Shown piece by piece: positions 63,301-64,000 of a DNA stretch of 64,000 bases (its first letter is position 1; each line of letters opens with the position of its first letter). The stretch spans positions 85,124-149,123 of the forward strand of contig NMRA01000295.1 in NCBI GenBank assembly GCA_002633005.1, given 5' to 3'. This DNA is from Phoronis australis. Its lineage: Eukaryota > Animalia > Phoronida. The notes beneath the pieces were generated by a model, which worked only from the letters and a program-made list of their open reading frames with translations, ran no database searches and was not told the origin of the DNA. The position numbers and the translations under genes are program-made.

Positions 63301-64000
63301 ACGGAAGGATCTGAAAGTGATTTGTCCCCCAGAAAATCGGCTGAGTCGACACCCGAAGACAGTCACATTATGCCAAGATTTGCGCGACCATTTGGCAGCA
63401 GTCTTGGAGTGTCGACAGGATTTGGTCTGAGTGGTGCGGGAGGAAGGCCAATGTTTGGATCTAATATTGTTAGTAAAAACTTGCAGAGAGAAGCCGAGAT
63501 TGTTGATCAGAAAATGCACTTGTATGGAAATGGTACAAATGATTTGATTATTGAGAAAGGTTCAAATTTAAAACTGGGAACTGCTGACAATGAGGTGTCA
63601 TTGAATACTGGGAAAAATACAAAAACTGACGTTACTTTAGACGATGGCGATTGTGATGACAATGGTGAAGACACAAGTCTGGCTGAAGGGGGAGCCTTCA
63701 CTTCTCCTCGTCAGTCTGCGGTTTCAATTAAAGATCGCATTAAGGCATTTAGCAGCAATGAGAAACTCAACCAACCAAATGTGCAGCCCAGTGTGGTGCA
63801 GCCAAAAAGTGTGAAGAACAAGTTTACACCTTCAGCATTTAAACCAGAGGCAGGTGATGTCAGTGTTAAACCGAGCAATGTCTCAGCCCGATGGCCATAT
63901 GGTGAGGACAGTCGAACTAAACCAACCAATGTGATGATCAACAGATTTACTGGTGAACCGGTGTTCCCTACATCACCACGATCACGCACCAGTAGCATGA
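169..64000 (+). CDS. SPTBN5: Beta-heavy spectrin (karst/sma-1/SPTBN5 orthologue), 3' portion; 47 coding exons, incomplete at both window edges
   Basis: Hand-spliced exons join in frame through GT-AG introns into ~21 spectrin repeats (W..EK...D.G.D...V..L.KKH motifs), a terminal partial repeat, KRTPSFTTR, a PH domain and ALPPSLQL. Segments such as ELVALEAQLQVLIDDSARLQEQYPGENA and DVRVDESKLKDINSLADKLI match my recollection of beta-H spectrin. More than 17 repeats excludes conventional beta-spectrin. Confidence 0.93.
1404..2729. mobile_element. Non-autonomous Kolobok-type DNA transposon (1.33 kb)
   Basis: Perfect 19-bp TIR ggttatctccaaccttatt / aataaggttggagataacc, flanked by TTAA at 1400-1403 and 2730-2733; GG...CC termini; internal 19-bp inverted pair at 2373-2391 and 2477-2495. 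Confidence 0.8.
3802..3925 (+). CDS. SPTBN5: beta-H spectrin exon 2
   Basis: tacag|...|gtaaa; VHQRRQEVLSRR...YQQFLRDSDE; 124 nt. Confidence 0.9.
5410..5556 (+). CDS. SPTBN5: beta-H spectrin exon 3
   Basis: LKSWLDEKLTWACDDSYRDLSNLQRKLHKHQAFEAEL; 147 nt; AG/GT flanks. Confidence 0.92.
6224..7043. mobile_element. PIF/Harbinger-like MITE (820 bp)
   Basis: ~40-bp imperfect TIR gggctgttccagcaaaatctgtatgggagggggg / ccccccctcccacacggattttactggaacagccc; 3-bp TSD TCA on both sides; repeated accacccat subterminal motifs. Confidence 0.75.
8748..9088. repeat. Minisatellite, 35-bp unit
   Basis: atcaagtcaatatatagcaggacactgtaatggtc x ~10. Confidence 0.95.
9326..9720 (+). CDS. SPTBN5: beta-H spectrin exon 4
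   Basis: LGESLIQDDHYAS...QDFDQR; 395 nt; AG/GT flanks. Confidence 0.92.
10519..10705 (+). CDS. SPTBN5: beta-H spectrin exon 5
   Basis: FENLQPSAKYRKQQLD...LFSKHQ; 187 nt. Confidence 0.92.
11223..11423 (+). CDS. SPTBN5: beta-H spectrin exon 6
   Basis: KLLKEVQGHHSMIQ...LSLKAQQ; 201 nt. Confidence 0.92.
11759..13325 (-). mobile_element. Sola1-like DNA transposon, internally deleted (1.57 kb)
   Basis: ~35-bp TIR gtgacccaccac(c/g)acaaaatgagt(c/g)ttaagttgga; 4-bp TSD ATTT (11755-11758, 13326-13329); decayed minus-strand acidic ORF remnant at ~12778-12461. Confidence 0.72.
13749..14035. repeat. Minisatellite, 32-bp unit
   Basis: atattgtatatagtgactgtatacttaggatt x ~9. Confidence 0.95.
14382..14998. 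mobile_element. MITE-like element, superfamily unassigned
   Basis: 16-bp perfect inverted repeat tatttatcccatacgc / gcgtatgggataaata; no coding capacity recognised. Confidence 0.55.
15053..15169 (+). CDS. SPTBN5: beta-H spectrin exon 7
   Basis: FLSEVNEVESWCMEK...DYGRD...LLTKHK; 117 nt. Confidence 0.92.
15235..15272. repeat. (GT)n/(GCGT)n microsatellite
   Basis: Directly visible. Confidence 0.9.
15488..15595. repeat. Tandem repeat, 35-bp unit x3
   Basis: tggaagtccaccaggcctctttcaatccacagtta. Confidence 0.85.
15863..16212. repeat. Minisatellite, ~49-bp unit x ~7
   Basis: aaacttggtctgcagctctgtactcacctgaacatgctttagagtttat. Confidence 0.93.
16317..16430 (+). CDS. SPTBN5: beta-H spectrin exon 8
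   Basis: ALELDIGSYQRIVQDL...SQRQ|gtgagt; 114 nt. Confidence 0.9.
16511..16912. repeat. Minisatellite, 67-bp unit x6
   Basis: aatgtattgaatttgatttgaatctcagt(a/g)catccttgaaccttgataataaatgtcaataaacccc. Confidence 0.95.
17260..17442 (+). CDS. SPTBN5: beta-H spectrin exon 9
   Basis: ANVQTLINQLK...SEDYGNDFEHVQ|gtgagt; 183 nt. Confidence 0.92.
17470..17564. repeat. Tandem repeat, 31-bp unit x3
   Basis: tgtaaggtcacattaaacatgcccttcttgc. Confidence 0.88.
18312..18457 (+). CDS. SPTBN5: beta-H spectrin exon 10
   Basis: VLEKKFDEFKRNVETGSNRL...QEEL|gtaagt; 146 nt. Confidence 0.92.
19186..19256. repeat. Tandem repeat, ~19-bp unit x ~4
   Basis: tatgttaatgagtatgcta just upstream of the exon 11 acceptor. 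Confidence 0.85.
19275..19500 (+). CDS. SPTBN5: beta-H spectrin exon 11
   Basis: ANWEKLLEK...RRHEAFENELVALEAQ; 226 nt. Confidence 0.93.
19501..19750. repeat. Minisatellite, 31-bp unit x8, starting at a splice donor
   Basis: gtttgtgtataagtgtcggataggatatcat; first GT is the exon 11 donor. Confidence 0.93.
20340..20519 (+). CDS. SPTBN5: beta-H spectrin exon 12
   Basis: LQVLIDDSARLQEQYPGENAEQI...LHRFLTS; 180 nt. Confidence 0.93.
20895..21098 (+). CDS. SPTBN5: beta-H spectrin exon 13
   Basis: ARDLLSWSADVVSEM...GHSAGDE; 204 nt. Confidence 0.92.
21492..21641 (+). CDS. SPTBN5: beta-H spectrin exon 14
   Basis: ISSKLTQVLECREAMHLTW...CASQE; 150 nt. Confidence 0.92.
21748..22030. repeat. Minisatellite, 17-bp unit x ~16
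   Basis: actgtttggtcattcgt variants. Confidence 0.92.
22548..22652 (+). CDS. SPTBN5: beta-H spectrin exon 15
   Basis: AYLVMPSLSGSVDQVEDYLKKHDAFEKL; 105 nt. Confidence 0.91.
23463..23557 (+). CDS. SPTBN5: beta-H spectrin exon 16
   Basis: LRNLQEFGRKLTQSKHYDSDNI; 95 nt. Confidence 0.9.
24098..24188 (+). CDS. SPTBN5: beta-H spectrin exon 17
   Basis: RDYIKDVSADKRSKLEDALLYVTFNRDVSE|gtaag; 91 nt. Confidence 0.9.
24927..25082 (+). CDS. SPTBN5: beta-H spectrin exon 18
   Basis: AEAWIDEKL...KMKKLQKHQAFEAEIVANAERI; 156 nt. Confidence 0.93.
26114..26380 (+). pseudogene. Truncated acidic ORF, probable N-terminus of a Kolobok accessory (KolX-like) gene
   Basis: ESSEFESDDDYEQELNEYYEE...YFEPYELDPP; PY-x-[FL]-[ED]-P motif recalled from KolX / P2X7-C-terminus-like proteins; no Cys domain retained. 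Confidence 0.45.
26400..26632 (-). pseudogene. Frameshifted THAP zinc-finger remnant (transposase N-terminus)
   Basis: KRCVSGGCSNS...VF/PKDTKVTQKWHRF..R..W...TLCSAQF/EDSCYD across two frameshifts; fits THAP C-x4-C...P...W...CSxHF with H>Q. Confidence 0.75.
27404..27673. repeat. Minisatellite, 26-bp unit, left part
   Basis: agcttgttgttgatgtctgcattgtc x ~10; resumes at 29914 after the transposon. Confidence 0.93.
27674..29913 (+). mobile_element. Chapaev (CMC)-like DNA transposon, degenerate and internally deleted (2.24 kb)
   Basis: Ends cacagctg...acagtaacatttagtt and aactaaatgtgttgctgtgaacagctgt; TTGT duplication restores the 26-bp minisatellite it interrupts; transposase remnants inside. 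Confidence 0.75.
28281..29310 (+). pseudogene. Decayed Chapaev-type DDE transposase with RAG1-N-like zinc finger
   Basis: YLCRIC...FGIDVRSDDP...YFCSK*Y; later RPVYHGKSFIGNHC (~28810-28855) and QH*LENHV...GFELGLHGGQGGESIHKTFN (~29110-29215); multiple stops and frameshifts. Confidence 0.72.
29914..30007. repeat. Minisatellite, 26-bp unit, right part
   Basis: Same unit as 27404-27673, ~4 copies, in register across the insertion. Confidence 0.9.
30194..30389. repeat. Minisatellite, 37-bp unit x ~5
   Basis: ctctgtggtgttgtacaagttgtcattaactgttact. Confidence 0.92.
30808..30999 (+). CDS. SPTBN5: beta-H spectrin exon 19
   Basis: DGDILLRRRHEQS...RGKGLAEAKDILEF...WIREK; 192 nt. Confidence 0.93.
31680..31763 (+). 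CDS. SPTBN5: beta-H spectrin exon 20
   Basis: EMIVLQGETGRDYEHCVELQRKMNDVGC|gtaagt; 84 nt. Confidence 0.91.
32038..32156 (+). CDS. SPTBN5: beta-H spectrin exon 21
   Basis: DVRVDESKLKDINSLADKLITQG; 119 nt. Confidence 0.92.
32534..32762 (+). CDS. SPTBN5: beta-H spectrin exon 22
   Basis: WRKLQGSF...EVHAFNRD...GKDLASVQSLQRK; 229 nt. Confidence 0.93.
33959..34080 (+). CDS. SPTBN5: beta-H spectrin exon 23
   Basis: RLETRGKTLCKKYPDH...DWESLESLCDN; 122 nt. Confidence 0.9.
35436..35598 (+). CDS. SPTBN5: beta-H spectrin exon 24
   Basis: KQKLNSSLQFHKL...LEVHQERK|gtgag; 163 nt. Confidence 0.92.
36090..36278 (+). CDS. SPTBN5: beta-H spectrin exon 25
   Basis: AEIDGRSYIFENL...TWSDRERQLTQCHNFQ; 189 nt. 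Confidence 0.92.
36744..36821 (+). CDS. SPTBN5: beta-H spectrin exon 26
   Basis: VFLEYAEQAEGWITGKEVFLTNEDLG; 78 nt. Confidence 0.92.
37763..38026 (+). CDS. SPTBN5: beta-H spectrin exon 27
   Basis: ETLSSVEELMRKHDSFEKTLQAQEEKI...FLRNIYE; 264 nt. Confidence 0.93.
38560..38672. repeat. Imperfect (CA)n microsatellite
   Basis: Directly visible. Confidence 0.88.
38735..38881 (+). CDS. SPTBN5: beta-H spectrin exon 28
   Basis: LTGWINEKIQLAKDDSYMDLTNLKGKVQKHVAFQAEV; 147 nt. Confidence 0.93.
39377..39514 (+). CDS. SPTBN5: beta-H spectrin exon 29
   Basis: EGDGLLAACHY...HLEEANQ; 138 nt. Confidence 0.92.
40006..40131 (+). CDS. SPTBN5: beta-H spectrin exon 30
   Basis: ALLFTRTVEDLESWM...DDYGKNL...LLKKHQ; 126 nt. 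Confidence 0.92.
40585..40715 (+). CDS. SPTBN5: beta-H spectrin exon 31
   Basis: LIEEEIHNHKEKFDEL...RHFMSDEL; 131 nt. Confidence 0.9.
40778..40838 (+). repeat. Possible tRNA-derived SINE head fragment
   Basis: aaggtcgtgggttcaagtcctacc, a B-box/T-arm-like stretch; A-box degenerate. Confidence 0.35.
41289..41475 (+). CDS. SPTBN5: beta-H spectrin exon 32
   Basis: YKNLSEPCRIR...FFRDVEDELSWIQEK...LMKKHQ; 187 nt. Confidence 0.93.
41791..43235. repeat. Minisatellite, ~54-bp unit, spanning the assembly gap
   Basis: tgacagtttaataatagagagtcttatcattggatttagtggtgtggccagtata on both sides of the N-run. Confidence 0.92.
41972..42805. other. Assembly gap (834 N)
   Basis: Run of n; exons 32 and 33 join in frame across it, so probably no exon is hidden. 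Confidence 0.99.
43346..43546 (+). CDS. SPTBN5: beta-H spectrin exon 33
   Basis: AIESEVVAHDPLIEAV...LSDALESQT|gtgagt; 201 nt. Confidence 0.92.
44238..44362. repeat. Tandem repeat, 42-bp unit x3
   Basis: gagagtttattggggtcgaccatggcacagtgcttgttactt variants. Confidence 0.85.
45507..45626. repeat. Tandem duplication, ~58 bp x2
   Basis: ttgaattagagggacg(c/t)tatcagtatgtgattattcagttgttggaatagaaactta. Confidence 0.88.
45997..46623. other. 313-bp direct duplication around a single N (likely assembly artefact)
   Basis: 45997-46309 repeated at 46311-46623 with two substitutions seen; n at 46310. Confidence 0.85.
46654..46749 (+). CDS. SPTBN5: beta-H spectrin exon 34
   Basis: YYKDVSEALSWIEDKMPVLLSTDYGKDEETLM; 96 nt. 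Confidence 0.92.
47200..47517 (+). CDS. SPTBN5: beta-H spectrin exon 35
   Basis: GNIKKLDSLELDV...ASEDYGKDVEHVE; 318 nt (one repeat length). Confidence 0.93.
47826..48017 (+). CDS. SPTBN5: beta-H spectrin exon 36
   Basis: VLEQRFEDFLHDL...MAEARQE|gtgagt; 192 nt. Confidence 0.93.
48745..48905. repeat. Minisatellite, ~29-bp unit x5-6
   Basis: ccctggttctgtgatattcactgtgtc variants. Confidence 0.85.
48993..49148 (+). CDS. SPTBN5: beta-H spectrin exon 37
   Basis: ALAGAKQVHSFDRDVDETLDWIQEK...RRHEGLE; 156 nt. Confidence 0.93.
49432..49649 (+). CDS. SPTBN5: beta-H spectrin exon 38
   Basis: RDLVAISAKVE...FPDAQEHI...YFDDYREL; 218 nt. Confidence 0.93.
50122..50311 (+). CDS. SPTBN5: beta-H spectrin exon 39
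   Basis: AWCNEILARITSEELARDVPGAELLINRHYEHRTEID; 190 nt. Confidence 0.93.
50763..50861 (+). CDS. SPTBN5: beta-H spectrin exon 40
   Basis: IDEKVGHLNECL...WDKRRLLYEQSLDVL|gtaag; 99 nt. Confidence 0.92.
51419..51583. repeat. Minisatellite, 27-bp unit x6
   Basis: atcaccatgctccagcaccccttgccc. Confidence 0.92.
52279..53148. mobile_element. Kolobok/T2-type foldback MITE (870 bp, ~300-bp TIRs)
   Basis: TTAA|aggcaaaggcaa... and ...ttgccttcgcct|TTAA; arms ~52279-52582 and ~52850-53148 are reverse complements with scattered mismatches. Confidence 0.88.
53200..54915 (-). mobile_element. 5'-truncated, degenerate L1/Tx1-clade LINE (ORF2 reverse transcriptase remnant)
   Basis: Minus strand: MKNNKNPGPDGFTTEFYKFFW (54718-54912 ORF), RGCRQGDLLSSYLFILCAE (~54190-54250), HYAEDT (YADD-like, ~54100-54120); many stops and frameshifts. 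Confidence 0.88.
55487..55669 (+). CDS. SPTBN5: beta-H spectrin exon 41 (terminal partial repeat, alpha-spectrin tetramerisation site)
   Basis: QLKHEMDQLDMWL...GESIDDVEGLIRKHEDFEK...QRTTK; 183 nt. Confidence 0.93.
55772..55970. repeat. Tandem repeat, 70-bp unit x ~2.8
   Basis: gtgatgtgagagaatgatagtactgcatgctagtgactacagaatgaacacagatgatatttagtggcat. Confidence 0.92.
56399..56509 (+). CDS. SPTBN5: beta-H spectrin exon 42 (charged linker)
   Basis: LEDAFADQKSSEAKYRQEQRERER...RILK; 111 nt; weak donor gtgttt. Confidence 0.85.
56700..56776 (+). CDS. SPTBN5: beta-H spectrin exon 43
   Basis: ttttcacag|ERQLLNNEKETATLQGTDYDGVEKS|gtagag; 77 nt, supplies the phase needed by exon 44. Confidence 0.82.
56746..57381 (+). 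repeat. 53-bp x12 tandem array copying the exon 43 3' end and its splice donor
   Basis: gaacagattat(g/t)atggtgtggagaagagcag|gtagagtagttctcaatgttgt; 636 bp = 12 units. Confidence 0.96.
57383..57612. repeat. Minisatellite, 44-bp unit x ~5
   Basis: caaccagcctatgtccaatccgtttaggtccaactagcctattt, abutting the 53-bp array. Confidence 0.92.
58562..58765 (+). CDS. SPTBN5: beta-H spectrin exon 44
   Basis: LPATSSQVDLVRQ...KTKRTPSFTTR; 204 nt. Confidence 0.88.
59491..59879. repeat. Minisatellite, ~53-bp unit x ~7
   Basis: gtcactccactaatgcccagtgttcacatcataactttgttacaaacaatcat variants. Confidence 0.92.
59926..60113 (+). CDS. SPTBN5: beta-H spectrin exon 45 (PH domain, N-half)
   Basis: LPPVEMEAMLERQQEMQSGGIK...WKEYYTVLCGQLMCFFKDK|gtaagt; 188 nt. 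Confidence 0.93.
60337..60408 (-). pseudogene. tRNA-like / tRNA-derived SINE head
   Basis: Reverse complement gctgagtggtgcagtggtaaagtcgacgacttgaaactcttgcggagcaggttcaaaaccgga has A-box and B-box at tRNA spacing; stems poorly paired. Confidence 0.45.
61306..61494 (+). CDS. SPTBN5: beta-H spectrin exon 46 (PH domain, C-half)
   Basis: AAAPPINLHKC...EYEKKKNAFRVNLVDGAEYMF...MKEWMQKIEFYA|gtaagt; 189 nt. Confidence 0.93.
62198..64000 (+). CDS. SPTBN5: beta-H spectrin exon 47: long Ser/Pro-rich C-terminal tail, open to window end
   Basis: cttatag acceptor in phase with exon 46; starts ALPPSLQL; 600 codons read with no stop to 64000. Confidence 0.85.

Overview
Eukaryotic, AT-rich, intron-rich window from an invertebrate metazoan (inferred), with one 834-N gap and one single-N join. 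The whole window is the 3' part of one + strand gene for beta-heavy spectrin (karst / sma-1 / SPTBN5 orthologue). I traced 47 coding exons by hand (169 to >64000), all with GT-AG introns and compatible phases, about 3,100 codons in total. They encode about 21 spectrin repeats, the terminal partial repeat, a charged linker with KRTPSFTTR, a PH domain and a >600-codon Ser/Pro-rich tail exon still open at the window edge. Introns carry many minisatellites and decayed transposons. These include a Chapaev-like element with a RAG1-N-terminus-like zinc finger inserted into a minisatellite, an internally deleted Kolobok-like element with convergent THAP and KolX-like remnants, two TTAA-flanked Kolobok-type MITEs, a Sola1-like element, a Harbinger-like MITE and a truncated L1/Tx1 LINE. 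Notable gene-level structure: intron positions are conserved between internal spectrin supra-repeats, and a 12-copy tandem array duplicates a splice donor. I found no intact novel system. Family assignments come from recalled motifs, not database searches.
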